DNA of 59,291 bases, the filler included. It is 5 parts of 5 records of this genome, joined end to end, with 100 filler letters (N's around TTAATTAATTAA, not from the genome) between each part and the next. Parts side by side here need not be neighbours in the genome. Positions count along the whole stretch, not along the records: positions 30,402 to 41,401 come from SRR22947725_414; positions 41,502 to 53,038 come from SRR22947725_418; 3 more parts are not named here. One strand, given 5' to 3'. Within the stretch, counting starts at the first letter, position 1, and every line of letters starts with the position of its first letter. The position numbers and the translations under genes are program-made. This document shows positions 39,366 to 49,975 of this stretch, one piece after another. Under the pieces are notes generated by a model that saw only the letters and a list, made by a program, of their open reading frames with translations, was not told where the DNA came from and searched no databases.

Positions 39366-40425
39366 TAATAACAGATATAATTTTCAGATTTATATTATTC
39401 CATGTGTTTTCATAGTTAAAATCCTTCATGTTCTTTTTTTTAACAAGATATTCTTCTTTATTATCAATAATATTAATTAGTTTATTGAGTAATGTTTTCT
39501 CATCTATTTCTTTTTGATTTAACAACCAATTAAAGCCAAGTTTATTATAAAAATGTGCATTTTCAAATTGATGGTTATCTTTCGCAGTTGGCAAAGGTAT
39601 TGCTAAATATGGAGTCTCAGTAAAATTTAACTCAGCTAATGTTGATGCTCCAGCTCTAGTAATGCACAGGTCTGTTTTTTGCATAAAATTTATGACATCA
39701 TCGTTAAAATTGAATAATTCACATTGAACATTCTTATCTTCGTAAGTTTTTTTAAAACTTTCAAAGTTAATAGAACTAGTTTGTTGGTAAATTTTTAGTT
39801 TATATTTTTTAGCTAATTCAATAATTGCATTTTTAACTAAATCATCAAATATTTTTGCTCCTTGACTACCTCCTATTATAAGCAAATTAATTGTATCTAG
39901 GGATTTATTGTAATCTCTCTTATTATAAAAATTTTTTCTTAATAATGCTGGAATTACTTTAATTTTATTTTTAAATTCAGTAGGAAATTTTTTGATATTA
40001 TTAGAATAACAAAATATTTTTTGACAGTAACTTAAAAAAAATTTATTTGATCTACCTAAAACCATATTTGGTTCAAATAACAACAGCTTAATATTTAAAA
40101 TTTTAGCACCTAAGCATAAGGGTAGTGACATGTATCCGCCTGTCGAAATTAATGTATCAATTTTATTTTTTCTTAAAAAAGAAATTGATTTAAAAATCAA
40201 AAATATCATAAAAATAAAATCAAGTGGTATTATTAATATGTTTTTTGAAATTGGCCTGACATTAAATATTTTTAAATTGTACTCATCTTTGTTTAAAAAT
40301 TTGACACCCCTAAAGTCAGATGTCATTGAAACATCAAAATTGCCCTCTAAATGTTTATATATTATGGTTGCGGGTATAACGTGACCTCCTGATCCACCAG
40401 TGCTAATTAGTATTTTTTTATTCAT
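39355..40425 (-). CDS. murG: Lipid II GlcNAc transferase
   Basis: GGSGGHVIPA, GGY, GGSQGA, RAGAST, HQ..NA. Confidence 0.95.
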   Translation of the reverse strand: MNKKILISTGGSGGHVIPATIIYKHLEGNFDVSMTSDFRGVKFLNKDEYNLKIFNVRPISKNILIIPLDFIFMIFLIFKSISFLRKNKIDTLISTGGYMSLPLCLGAKILNIKLLLFEPNMVLGRSNKFFLSYCQKIFCYSNNIKKFPTEFKNKIKVIPALLRKNFYNKRDYNKSLDTINLLIIGGSQGAKIFDDLVKNAIIELAKKYKLKIYQQTSSINFESFKKTYEDKNVQCELFNFNDDVINFMQKTDLCITRAGASTLAELNFTETPYLAIPLPTAKDNHQFENAHFYNKLGFNWLLNQKEIDEKTLLNKLINIIDNKEEYLVKKKNMKDFNYENTWNNINLKIISVINEN

Positions 40426-41401
40426 TTAATTAATTTTTCTTTTTGTTAAATTTAAAATTATTCCAGATAATATGGAAACTCCTATAATTGAAGAGCCCCC
40501 ATAACTTAAAAATGGCAATGTCATCCCAGTTGTGGGAAATAGTCTTATATTCACCCCAAGATGTATTAATGCTTGAAAAATTATTAGACTTATTGCTCCA
40601 GTTAGCACTAGTTTATTTTTTTCACTTTTTTCTAAATAAATTTTTTTAAAAACAGAGTAAATAAAAAATAAAAATAAAATTAATAAAAATATTATTGCAA
40701 TAACACCAAACTCCTCTGAAATAACTGAAACTATATAGTCGGTATGAGCCTCTGGAACTCTTGTTTTTAAGGTACCTTCTCCTATTCCTTTACCAAAAAA
40801 ACCACCACTACTAATTGCTTCTATAGCTTTATCAGATTGAAAATTATGGGTTCCACCATCAGGGTTAAAGAAAGAGAGTATACGACTTTTAATATAAATA
40901 AATTTTGGGATAAAAAAAACTAAATATAGCAGGCTTATAATAGAAAGACTTATAAATAATAAAATGAATAATAAGTTTATGCCAGATACAAAAACTAATA
41001 TTGCCCACGATAAAAACACCAAAAGTGTTTGTCCGATGTCAGGCTGCATTATTAATAGTAACCCAGCTGGGATAATAGAAATAATAGTCAATAAGTATTT
41101 GATATAAATATTATAATTTTTTTCACTACATAAAATTGTTGCCACAAAAATAATTATAAATGGTTTTAGTAATTCAATTGGTTGAAATTGAGGAAGAAAA
41201 AAAAGATTTAACCATCTTTTTGATCCTTTAACTTCAGTACCAAAAATTGGCACTAAAAATAAAAAAAATAAAGTAATAAAAAAAAGATAAATAGAGAATC
41301 TAAAAAGATTCTTTTCACTTAGAGAAGAGAAAGACACTAAGGTCAACAAGCCAATGAAAATATATACCAAATGTTTAAAAAAGAAAAAATAATTATTTGT
41401 A
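40426..41401 (-). CDS. ftsW: SEDS peptidoglycan glycosyltransferase FtsW (5'-partial)
   Basis: GSKRWL, QP.E..K, QPD.G, PEAHTDY, GMTLPFLSYGGSS; frame open to the contig edge. Confidence 0.93.
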
Positions 41402-41501
41402 NNNNNNNNNNNNNNNNNNNNNNNNNNNNNNNNNNNNNNNNNNNNTTAATTAATTAANNNNNNNNNNNNNNNNNNNNNNNNNNNNNNNNNNNNNNNNNNN
41501 N
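41402..41501. other. Artificial contig-joining spacer
   Basis: N44-TTAATTAATTAA-N44. Confidence 0.97.
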
Positions 41502-41703
41502 TAAGTGGTTTGAAGGTTGTATATGATTTTAAATAATAAATAATTAACAAATAGAAAAAAATTGTGTTTATAACTGAAATTATTAAAGAAGTTTCTTCTT
41601 TGAATATATATTTGTTCAAAATTTCAAAAGGAAATATATAAAGAAAATAAGTAACAATTATTAGAGTTATTAAGAAAATATACTTAGATATAACGTTTTT
41701 CAT
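41502..41703 (-). CDS. Membrane protein N-terminus (partial), function not assignable
   Basis: ATG 1 nt after the photolyase stop; two hydrophobic segments; cut by the contig end. Confidence 0.55.
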
Positions 41704-41704
41704 A

Positions 41705-43141
41705 TTAAGATATTTTTAATTTAGCAAATGTAGAAAGAGCTTTTGCTCTAGAAATTTTAATATCTACAATAGGTTCTGGATACGTTTCTCCGAGTTTAAT
41801 ATTAGATTCTTTTAGAACCTCGTTAGGAGCATCCCATGGATTAAATAAAAATTTATTTGGAAGCATGCTAATTTCTGGAATATATCTTCTTGTATAATCT
41901 CCATTAGGGTCAAATCTTAAGCCTTGTGTTATAGGATTAAAAATCCTAAAATATGGGGCAGCATCTGCACCACAGCCTGCAATCCACTGCCAACCAGCAC
42001 TATTACTTGCTAAATCAGCATCTACCAGACAATCCCAAAACCATTTTTCCCCCTCATGCCAATTTAACAAAAGGTTTTTTACTAAGAATGACCCAACTAT
42101 CATTCTTAACCTATTATGCATATAGCCGGTTGACCAAAGTTCTCTCATTCCAGCATCTATTATTGGGTATCCTGTTAGTCCTGATTTCCATGCTTTCAGA
42201 AATAATGAATTATTGTCCCAAGAAAAGTTATCGAATTTCTTCTGTAAATTTTTCCTTGGCAAATCTGGAAAATAAAAAAGAAGATAATAAGAAAACTCGC
42301 GCCATCCCATTTCTGACAAAAATGTATCAGTATCTTCAAAATTATTTATCTCCAAATGTTGTAAGTTCGAAATTTTATGCCAAATTGTGTTAGGTGAAAT
42401 CTCTCCCCAATGTAAATGGGGCGAAAGTCTAGATACATTTTTTTTATTTGGAAAATTCCGACCTTCTTTATATCCATTTAGTTCAAAACTAATAAATTCT
42501 TCTAATCTTTGTTCAGCTGCCTTTTCGCCAACATTCCATTTTTTTATTATTTTATTTTTCCAATTATGAGTTGGCAATAAATTTAAACTTTCAATATCTA
42601 AGCTTTTAATTTTTTGAAATTCATAATATTGAATTTTTTGAGGAGCCTTTGTTGGAATTCGAGGTCCTACGGCATTTAAACATCCCCTTCTATAATAAGG
42701 AGTAAAAACACGATAAGGTGTTCCATCATTTTTTAAAACCTCCCAAGGTTCCCACAAAAGTGATCCATTAAAGCTATTTGTTTCAATCCCCTTCAAATTT
42801 AAGGTTTCTTTAATTTTTTTATCCCTTTGAATACACCAAGGTTCATAAACTCTATTCCAATATACTTTATAGATTTTCTCTGTTTCACAAATTTCTGAGA
42901 TGATTTTAAGTGGGTCAGCATTAAAAAAATGAAGTTTATTTTTAAATTGTTTATTTAATTTTTCTAATGAATGGTGCAACCAAATCCTGCTAGCGCCGCC
43001 TAATTTATGTTCACCTGAATTTATATCATCTAATATGTAAATAGGGACTATGGCGCCGTTATTGACTGCTGCTTTTAGAGCAGGATTATCATATAATCTA
43101 AGATCTTGTCTTATCCAGTAAATGCTTACGTTTTTATCCAA
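41705..43141 (-). CDS. phrB: Deoxyribodipyrimidine photolyase (class I CPD type)
   Basis: WIRQDLRLYDNPAL, SRLSPHLHWGEIS, WREF, GYMHNRLRM, DADLASN, PYFRIFNP. Confidence 0.93.
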   Translation of the reverse strand: MDKNVSIYWIRQDLRLYDNPALKAAVNNGAIVPIYILDDINSGEHKLGGASRIWLHHSLEKLNKQFKNKLHFFNADPLKIISEICETEKIYKVYWNRVYEPWCIQRDKKIKETLNLKGIETNSFNGSLLWEPWEVLKNDGTPYRVFTPYYRRGCLNAVGPRIPTKAPQKIQYYEFQKIKSLDIESLNLLPTHNWKNKIIKKWNVGEKAAEQRLEEFISFELNGYKEGRNFPNKKNVSRLSPHLHWGEISPNTIWHKISNLQHLEINNFEDTDTFLSEMGWREFSYYLLFYFPDLPRKNLQKKFDNFSWDNNSLFLKAWKSGLTGYPIIDAGMRELWSTGYMHNRLRMIVGSFLVKNLLLNWHEGEKWFWDCLVDADLASNSAGWQWIAGCGADAAPYFRIFNPITQGLRFDPNGDYTRRYIPEISMLPNKFLFNPWDAPNEVLKESNIKLGETYPEPIVDIKISRAKALSTFAKLKIS

Positions 43142-43274
43142 TTTTATCTCTTTTACTAAATTTATAAATTACCCAGTCTGAAAATTACTAAATTAAATAT
43201 AATAAATACAATTTGAAAGTTTATGCTTGTTTGATGGTATCTTAAATCATAACTTGTTATTATGGAAATTGTAA

Positions 43275-44447
43275 ATGTCATATAAAAAACCCTATGAAGG
43301 TTTAAAAGTTATAGATTTTTCTCAGGGCGTTGCTGGTCCATATTGTGGGATGCTATTAGCTCAACAGGGTGCAGAGGTTATTAAAGTTGAACCAATGGAT
43401 GGTGATTGGGCTAGAAACTTAGGCCAAGAATATGGAGAACATTCAGCATTTTCTGTTGCAGCAAATCTAGGAAAAAAAAGTATTGTTATTGACTTAAAAA
43501 ATCAAAAAAGCTTACAAATCATAGATAAAATAATTAAGGATGTTGATGTTTTCATAGAAGGATTTAGGCCTGGGGTGATTGACAAATTAGGCTTAGGATA
43601 TGAGAGACTAAAAAAAAATAACCCAAAATTAATTTATTTATCAATTTCTGGTTTTGGTCAGAAAGGTCCTATGAGCAAAAAACCTGCAATGGATCCTGTT
43701 ATCCAAGCTTTTACAGGTTTTATGTCTGAAAATAAAGGTCCTGATGATATCCCCCACAGAACACCAGTAATAATATTTGATATGGCCACAGCCTTGTACG
43801 CTATGCAAATTATTTCTGCAACCATATTTGCTAGAATAAGTGAAAAATTTGGAAAAAAAATAGAAATAAGTTTAATGGAGTCAGCTGCAGCCTTTCAATC
43901 TATTAGATTAATGAGTGGCTATATGGAAGGACCATATAAGCATGCATCTTCACCTTCAGGAACTTTCAAAACCAAAGATGGTTGGATACAATTAATAGTT
44001 GTTAAAAACCATGAGTTTAATAAGTTTTGTGATGCAGTAGGTTGGAACAAGTTTAAAGATGATCCACGTTTTTTTTCTAATACTAAAAGGAGAGAGCATG
44101 AAAACTTTTTAACTAAAGAAGTGCAGAAACTATTTGTTAACAAACCAACGGATTATTGGAAAAATTTACTTGACCAATACCAAGTCCAAAACGAAAAAGT
44201 ACAATCATATAAAGAGCTTGTCGAAAGCAATCAAAGTAAAGAACTTAATTTGATATCTTGGTTAGACCAACCAACGACTGGAAGATTATGGCCAATTCCA
44301 AACATACCAGGACTTTCTAAATTAATTGAGAACGATAGTAACAGCTCAGCTCCAAGTTTGGGACAACATTCTAAAGAAATATTACTCAGTCAAGGTTACA
44401 CTAACGAAGAAATATTAAATTTAAAGATACAAAAAATTATAGCTTAA
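43275..44447 (+). CDS. Family III CoA-transferase (CaiB/BaiF)
   Basis: GPYC...LA..GAEVIKVEP..GD, N.GKKSI, FRPG, SISGFGQ.GP, APSLGQH. Confidence 0.9.
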   Translation: MSYKKPYEGLKVIDFSQGVAGPYCGMLLAQQGAEVIKVEPMDGDWARNLGQEYGEHSAFSVAANLGKKSIVIDLKNQKSLQIIDKIIKDVDVFIEGFRPGVIDKLGLGYERLKKNNPKLIYLSISGFGQKGPMSKKPAMDPVIQAFTGFMSENKGPDDIPHRTPVIIFDMATALYAMQIISATIFARISEKFGKKIEISLMESAAAFQSIRLMSGYMEGPYKHASSPSGTFKTKDGWIQLIVVKNHEFNKFCDAVGWNKFKDDPRFFSNTKRREHENFLTKEVQKLFVNKPTDYWKNLLDQYQVQNEKVQSYKELVESNQSKELNLISWLDQPTTGRLWPIPNIPGLSKLIENDSNSSAPSLGQHSKEILLSQGYTNEEILNLKIQKIIA

Positions 44448-44448
44448 T

Positions 44449-44553
44449 CTATAAAATCCCAGTAATTGTAAAAAGTAAAGGAATGAATATTAATATAGCT
44501 AATATTACTTCCCCTTTTAAATTTTCTGTAAATGTATACTGATCTTTACTCAT
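44449..44553 (-). CDS. Unannotated 34-aa single-pass membrane protein
   Basis: MSKDQYTFTENLKGEVILAILIFIPLLFTITGIL*; AGGAGG Shine-Dalgarno 7 nt upstream of the ATG. Confidence 0.6.
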   Translation of the reverse strand: MSKDQYTFTENLKGEVILAILIFIPLLFTITGIL

Positions 44554-44648
44554 ATTTATTCCTCCTAAATAAACCATATTAATTTTTAAATAGAATTCAA
44601 GTATTTTTAATCCTATAAATAAGAATATTTGGAATAAAGGAAATTATT

Positions 44649-44771
44649 TTGACTTTTATTTTTGGAATAATATTAGCTGCACTAGTATTTTTTTTCTTTG
44701 ACTACATTAAGGTTTTTCTTGTTTCTACAGGCCTCAGAGATCAGTTGGTAATATGGTTGCAGTCTTGGTAA
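44649..44771 (+). CDS. Unannotated ~40-aa membrane protein (TTG start)
   Basis: MTFIFGIILAALVFFFFDYIKVFLVSTGLRDQLVIWLQSW*; AAGGA 7 nt upstream; frame open from 44619. Confidence 0.45.
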   Translation: MTFIFGIILAALVFFFFDYIKVFLVSTGLRDQLVIWLQSW

Positions 44772-44864
44772 TAATTATAAGTGATTTTTAGAGATACGTT
44801 TTTTTATATTTGAATTAAAAAGACGATAAACATATTATAAAATTTTAAATTATCGGAAATTGAA

Positions 44865-46505
44865 ATGAGTAATAATTTTGACTACATAATAGTAGGGGCA
44901 GGTTCTTCTGGCTGTGTTTTGGCTAATAGACTTAGTGCTAATCCTAAAAATTCTGTTTGCTTGCTTGAAGCTGGACCTCCAGACTGGAACCCTTTCATTC
45001 ATATACCGGCTGGTTTTATCAAAACATTAACTAACCCAAGTGTTAACTGGCTTTTTAAATCTGAGCCTAGTTGGGGTACAGCAGGGAGAGTTATTGATAT
45101 TCCAAGAGGTAAAACACTTGGTGGATCAAGCTCTATTAATGGAATGGTTTTTAATAGAGGGCAAAATTTGGATTTTGATGTTTGGGCACAAAAAGGAAAT
45201 AAAGGTTGGAGCTACTCTGATTTATTACCATATTTTAAGAGATATGAAAATCGTATTGGAGAATATGATGAAAAATATAGGGGTGGCCTTGGAGAGTTGC
45301 CAATAACCGATTTAGAGTATCGTGACCCTCTTTGTGAAGCCTTTATAAAAGGTGCAATAGAAGAAGGAATACCTCTTAATAAGGATTATAATGGAGAAAC
45401 CCAAGAAGGTGTTTCGTACGTGCAAAGAACAACAAAAGGAAGATTCAGGGTAAGTGCAGCCAGAGCTTTTTTAAATCCAGTAAAAAATAGAAAAAATTTA
45501 AAAATCATTACTAACGCATTTGTTACAAAAGTTATAGTTGATAATAAAACTGCTACAGGAATAGAGTATTTTAAGGGTGGGAGATCTGGAAAAAAAATTA
45601 CTTTAATTGCTAATAAAGAGGTTATTCTATCTTCAGGCGTTATTAAATCTCCTCATATTCTTCATCTTTCAGGAATTGGACCAGCTAAACATTTAAATGA
45701 TTTAGGGATAAAAGTAGTGCATGATTTAAAGGGTGTTGGAATGAATCTAAGAGATCATTTTGCTCCTCGAATGACAGCAAGAGCTAAAAATATTCAAACT
45801 ATAAATGAAAGAGCAAGGGGACTTAGATTATTAAAAGAAATTGGGAAATATTTCCTAGGCAAACAATCAATTGTCAACTTAAGCCCAACTTTAGTTTATT
45901 GTTTTTGGCATTCAGATGAAGCTGTAAGAAATCATGATTTACAAATGACATTTACCCCAGCTTCCTACAAAGAGGGTGTACAATCTACACTTGACACTGA
46001 ACCAGGATTTACAGTAGCAGCGTGGCAACAAAGACCTGAGTCACTTGGATGGGTAAAAATTAAAAGTGATGATCCTTTTGTCGCCCCAGAAATTCAACCC
46101 AACTACCTTGATGCTGAAGAAGATAAAAAGGTGGTTGTTGCTGGTTTGAAATTATCAAGAAGGTTAATGCATTCAAAAGCTTTATCAAAATATTTTGATT
46201 ATGAAGTTTATCCTGGTTTAGACTATCAATCTGATGATGAACTTTTACAAATAGCCAGAGAAAGGGGTACTACTACATATCATCAAATGGGGACGTGCAG
46301 AATGGGTCCTAAGAGTGATCCTACAGCAGTAGTTGATAATAATTTAAAAGTTTATGGTATCCAGAATTTAAGAGTTATTGATGCTTCAATCATGCCAACT
46401 ATGTTATCAGCTAATTTACATTCAGGTGCAACTTTGATAGGTGAAAAGGGCTCATCTCTTGTTTTAGGAGAGGAACCTATGGAAAAAGCAAATTTAAATT
46501 ATTAA
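44865..46505 (+). CDS. GMC-family FAD oxidoreductase (choline/alcohol dehydrogenase-like)
   Basis: GAGSSGC, RGKTLGGSSSING, YHQMGTCRMG, LRVIDASIMP. Substrate not assignable. Confidence 0.9.
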   Translation: MSNNFDYIIVGAGSSGCVLANRLSANPKNSVCLLEAGPPDWNPFIHIPAGFIKTLTNPSVNWLFKSEPSWGTAGRVIDIPRGKTLGGSSSINGMVFNRGQNLDFDVWAQKGNKGWSYSDLLPYFKRYENRIGEYDEKYRGGLGELPITDLEYRDPLCEAFIKGAIEEGIPLNKDYNGETQEGVSYVQRTTKGRFRVSAARAFLNPVKNRKNLKIITNAFVTKVIVDNKTATGIEYFKGGRSGKKITLIANKEVILSSGVIKSPHILHLSGIGPAKHLNDLGIKVVHDLKGVGMNLRDHFAPRMTARAKNIQTINERARGLRLLKEIGKYFLGKQSIVNLSPTLVYCFWHSDEAVRNHDLQMTFTPASYKEGVQSTLDTEPGFTVAAWQQRPESLGWVKIKSDDPFVAPEIQPNYLDAEEDKKVVVAGLKLSRRLMHSKALSKYFDYEVYPGLDYQSDDELLQIARERGTTTYHQMGTCRMGPKSDPTAVVDNNLKVYGIQNLRVIDASIMPTMLSANLHSGATLIGEKGSSLVLGEEPMEKANLNY

Positions 46506-46539
46506 TTAAGTAAAACAAGAAACAAATGAGGTACATAAA

Positions 46540-47409
46540 TTGTCAGAACTAGGAGATTATAATCCCCCCAATAAATGGGTGTGGGATAAAGAAAATGGTG
46601 GGAAGTTTGCTAACATTAATAGACCTATTTCAGGCTCTACCCATCAAAAAGAATTACCGTTAGGTAAACATCCTTTCCAATTATATTCTCAAGGTACTCC
46701 GAATGGAATAAAAATAACTATTATGCTTGAGGAATTATTAGAGTTGGGCATAAAAGACGCTGAGTATGACGCATGGTTAATTAGAATTGGGAAAGGAGAA
46801 CAGTTTAGTTCAGGATTTGTAGAAATAAATCCAAATTCCAAAATTCCAAGTCTGATAGATAATTCTGGAAACAAATCAATTAAAGTATTTGAATCAGGTT
46901 CTATTTTAATTTATTTAGCTGATAAATTTCAAAATTTTATCCCAAAATCTTTTGATGATAGAACAGAATGCCTTAATTGGCTGTTTTGGCAAATGGCTAG
47001 TGCCCCATATCTTGGTGGTGGATTTGGTCATTTTTATGCATATGCCCCCAAAAAATTTGAATATTCAATTGACCGTTTTTCTATGGAAGTTAAAAGACAA
47101 CTAGATGTTTTGGATAAACTTCTATCAGATAAAACTTACATTTGTAACGAAGAGTATACAATTGCCGACATTGCAATCTGGTCATGGTATGGAGCTTTGG
47201 TTTTAGGGAGATTATATGGAGCAGAAGAGTTTTTAGATGTTAAATCATATAAAAACGTCGTTAAGTGGGCAAATTTAATTAATGAAAGACCTGCTGTTAA
47301 ACGAGGAAGAATAGTCAATAAAATATCAGGAAATTTAGATGAGCAACTCCATGAAAGGCATGATTCTAGCGATTTTAATGAAAAAACAGAAGATAAATTA
47401 GTGAAATAA
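46540..47409 (+). CDS. yghU: Glutathione-dependent disulfide-bond oxidoreductase (GST nu class)
   Basis: FANINRP, TPNG, NPNSKIP, FESGSIL, GGGFGHFYAYAP, LHERH. Confidence 0.9.
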   Translation: MSELGDYNPPNKWVWDKENGGKFANINRPISGSTHQKELPLGKHPFQLYSQGTPNGIKITIMLEELLELGIKDAEYDAWLIRIGKGEQFSSGFVEINPNSKIPSLIDNSGNKSIKVFESGSILIYLADKFQNFIPKSFDDRTECLNWLFWQMASAPYLGGGFGHFYAYAPKKFEYSIDRFSMEVKRQLDVLDKLLSDKTYICNEEYTIADIAIWSWYGALVLGRLYGAEEFLDVKSYKNVVKWANLINERPAVKRGRIVNKISGNLDEQLHERHDSSDFNEKTEDKLVK

Positions 47410-47412
47410 TTT

Positions 47413-48171
47413 TTATAATTTTTCTATTCCTAGTCCAGCTATATATCTTCTATGCCATGTAGGACTAATTGTTATCTGATTAATACATACATGTTTTGGC
47501 ATTTGAGACAGAAAAGCTATTGTTTCACCTAGATCATCAGGCTGAAGCATTTTATTTTTTTGATCCAAAGTAAGTTTTTTAGGTCTTTTTTCTAAAATTG
47601 GCGTTGCAACCTCTCCAGGGCATAATGCGCATGCTCTAATACCAACATTACAATATTTCATGTTAATTGTTTCAGTCATTGCATTTAGTGCATGTTTTGA
47701 AGATGTATATGAAACACCTGACAATAGACTTACATGGTTTCCTGACCATGATGATACGTTTATAATTAGTCCATCCATTTTTTTTTTCATAATGGGTATA
47801 ACTGACCTGCAGCAATAAAATAAACCGTTAATATTAGTTTGAATCACTTCATCCCAATCATTTTCATCAATTATGTCCCAGTCTCTATTCTCAATATTCA
47901 TACCCGCACAATTTACTAAAATATCTATACTTTTAAATTCTCTTTCTATTTCTAGAGTAACTTCTTTAACCGATGATTTTTTTGTTATATCACATATTTT
48001 TATAAAGTTTTCATTGGTACATTTTAATGAAGTTTCTTTTAAGTTTTTGAGATTTCTTCCAGAAAGAATAACTTTCATTCCCATTTCTGAAAGCTTTATT
48101 GCTGCATTTTGACCAATGCCAGAACCTGCGCCTGTTACCCAAGCTATTTTGTTTTTTAAATTTCTTTTCAT
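47413..48171 (-). CDS. Short-chain dehydrogenase/reductase
   Basis: TGAGSGIG, NCAG, YTSSK, PGEVATP. Confidence 0.9.
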   Translation of the reverse strand: MKRNLKNKIAWVTGAGSGIGQNAAIKLSEMGMKVILSGRNLKNLKETSLKCTNENFIKICDITKKSSVKEVTLEIEREFKSIDILVNCAGMNIENRDWDIIDENDWDEVIQTNINGLFYCCRSVIPIMKKKMDGLIINVSSWSGNHVSLLSGVSYTSSKHALNAMTETINMKYCNVGIRACALCPGEVATPILEKRPKKLTLDQKNKMLQPDDLGETIAFLSQMPKHVCINQITISPTWHRRYIAGLGIEKL

Positions 48172-48210
48172 AAAAAACCTTTTCTATTTTGAGTGTTAAA
48201 TAATAAAAAA

Positions 48211-49014
48211 CTATTGAGCAGTAAGACCGCCATCTACAACCAAACTTGATCCAGTCATAAAACTTGAGTTGTCAGAAGACAAAAATAATATTGTGTTTGC
48301 TACTTCTTGAGATGTACCTAGACGACCTAATGGAGTTTGCGTAATTCCTGTTAAGTGAGATTCTTTTAAAGACATATTAGGGTTTTGGTTTATTCTTGCT
48401 TCTGCAACTTGTTTCCCCATATCTGTTTCAATTATTCCTGGGTGAACTTGATTAATTCTAATAGGATATTTTTTCTTACCAAAATATATTGCCATTGACT
48501 TAGTAAATGTCGTTATTCCTCCCTTTGTCATAGAATATAATGGATCTAATTGTGAGCCAACTAAACCTGCAACAGAACTTAAGTTGACTATGGAACTTCC
48601 AAATTCAGATTTTTCACCAGCTTTTTTTAAAAAGGGCATTAGATGTTTAGTTCCTAAAAAGACCCCGGTCAAATTAATGGATATCAATTTTTGGTATTCT
48701 GAAATTGTAACATCTGTTATTTCTTTACCCAACCATACTCCGGCGTTATTAATTAAAATATCAACGGTTTTATTATTCTTCTCAAGAGAATTAGAAAAGT
48801 TAATCCACTCGTCCTCTTTAGCTACATTTATTTCAACAAAGCTCGCTTCATTACCATGGCAAGAAACCTCCTTTATTGTTTTTAAACCTTCTTTTTTGTT
48901 TGTGTCTAAGATAAAAATATTAGCTCCAGCCTGAGCTAAAGCTAAACAAACACTTTTACCAATTCCTTTTGAACCTCCGGTGACAATTGCATTTTTTCCG
49001 CTTAAAATTCTCAA
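48211..49014 (-). CDS. Short-chain dehydrogenase/reductase
   Basis: TGGSKGIG, NNAG, YSMTKG, HPG..ET, VDGG. Confidence 0.9.
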   Translation of the reverse strand: MRILSGKNAIVTGGSKGIGKSVCLALAQAGANIFILDTNKKEGLKTIKEVSCHGNEASFVEINVAKEDEWINFSNSLEKNNKTVDILINNAGVWLGKEITDVTISEYQKLISINLTGVFLGTKHLMPFLKKAGEKSEFGSSIVNLSSVAGLVGSQLDPLYSMTKGGITTFTKSMAIYFGKKKYPIRINQVHPGIIETDMGKQVAEARINQNPNMSLKESHLTGITQTPLGRLGTSQEVANTILFLSSDNSSFMTGSSLVVDGGLTAQ

Positions 49015-49032
49015 ATTTAATTTCCTCTATAT

Positions 49033-49854
49033 TTAGCTTTGTATCATAATTCTATATAAATAACGTTCTTCTTGCATATCATAATCACCATTTGCTTTAT
49101 GCATTAAAATTCTGTTATCCCAAATAACAAAGTCACCATCTTTCCATATATGTCTGTATTCATTCTTAGGTTTAGATACGTAATGCATTAACTCATCAAG
49201 TAACGTTATAGTTTCTTTGGTAGAAAGTCCGATTATTTTTTCTATTCGAATGGGGTTTATATAAAGGCAAATTTTTTTATTTTCTGGATGAACTTTTATA
49301 AGTGGATGAATTACTTCAGTTTGATTTTTTATTTCTTTAGTTAAGGACATTAACTTTCTTTTGCTTAGTGAACTTTGATACACATGAAGTGCCTCTAAAC
49401 TTTTGATCTTATTTTTTAAATTTAAAGGTAATTCATTATAAACTAAATGCATATTAACAAATTGGGTATCCCCACCAATAGATGGCAGTAATTTAGCATG
49501 AAGAATTGTTGCCTTCGGTGGCCTTAAGTCATTACTATGATCTGTATGGTACCCTTCACCTGGAATGTAAGGTTTACCATCTTCAAACTTATCCTTATTA
49601 GAAATATAATGGACTAAATTGTTTTCTTTCAGAGCAAATTTTTTGTTATGCTGATTAAATATTTTTCCAAAAATTTTGGCACTATTGTAGAATTCATTTG
49701 GGTTTAAATTTTGGTTTCTAATGACCAAAACTGAATATTTAGAAAAAGTTTGATTAAGTTCTCTTATAATTGTCTTGTCGGGAATAGATTTAAGATCAAT
49801 ATCTAAAATTTCTGCGCCAGTATGCTCTGATAATGGTTTTAAAGTAAAATGCAT
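49033..49854 (-). CDS. TauD/TfdA-family Fe(II)/2-oxoglutarate dioxygenase
   Basis: HTD facial triad, GGDT.F, HPL...HP, WDNR..MH, terminal R...R. Confidence 0.9.
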   Translation of the reverse strand: MHFTLKPLSEHTGAEILDIDLKSIPDKTIIRELNQTFSKYSVLVIRNQNLNPNEFYNSAKIFGKIFNQHNKKFALKENNLVHYISNKDKFEDGKPYIPGEGYHTDHSNDLRPPKATILHAKLLPSIGGDTQFVNMHLVYNELPLNLKNKIKSLEALHVYQSSLSKRKLMSLTKEIKNQTEVIHPLIKVHPENKKICLYINPIRIEKIIGLSTKETITLLDELMHYVSKPKNEYRHIWKDGDFVIWDNRILMHKANGDYDMQEERYLYRIMIQS

Positions 49855-49975
49855 AATTTAATAAAAAAGCTCCAATGTAAAATGATATTATTATAATCTT
49901 AAAGTAGCAATTAAATTTACAACATACATATTTTTAATTAGCATAATAATTATTATTTAATTTCGAGGTTTTATA

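Noticed and set aside
44865-46505. Calling the GMC enzyme betA (choline dehydrogenase)
   Set aside because: No betB/betI or choline transporter nearby, and the family motifs do not specify the substrate.
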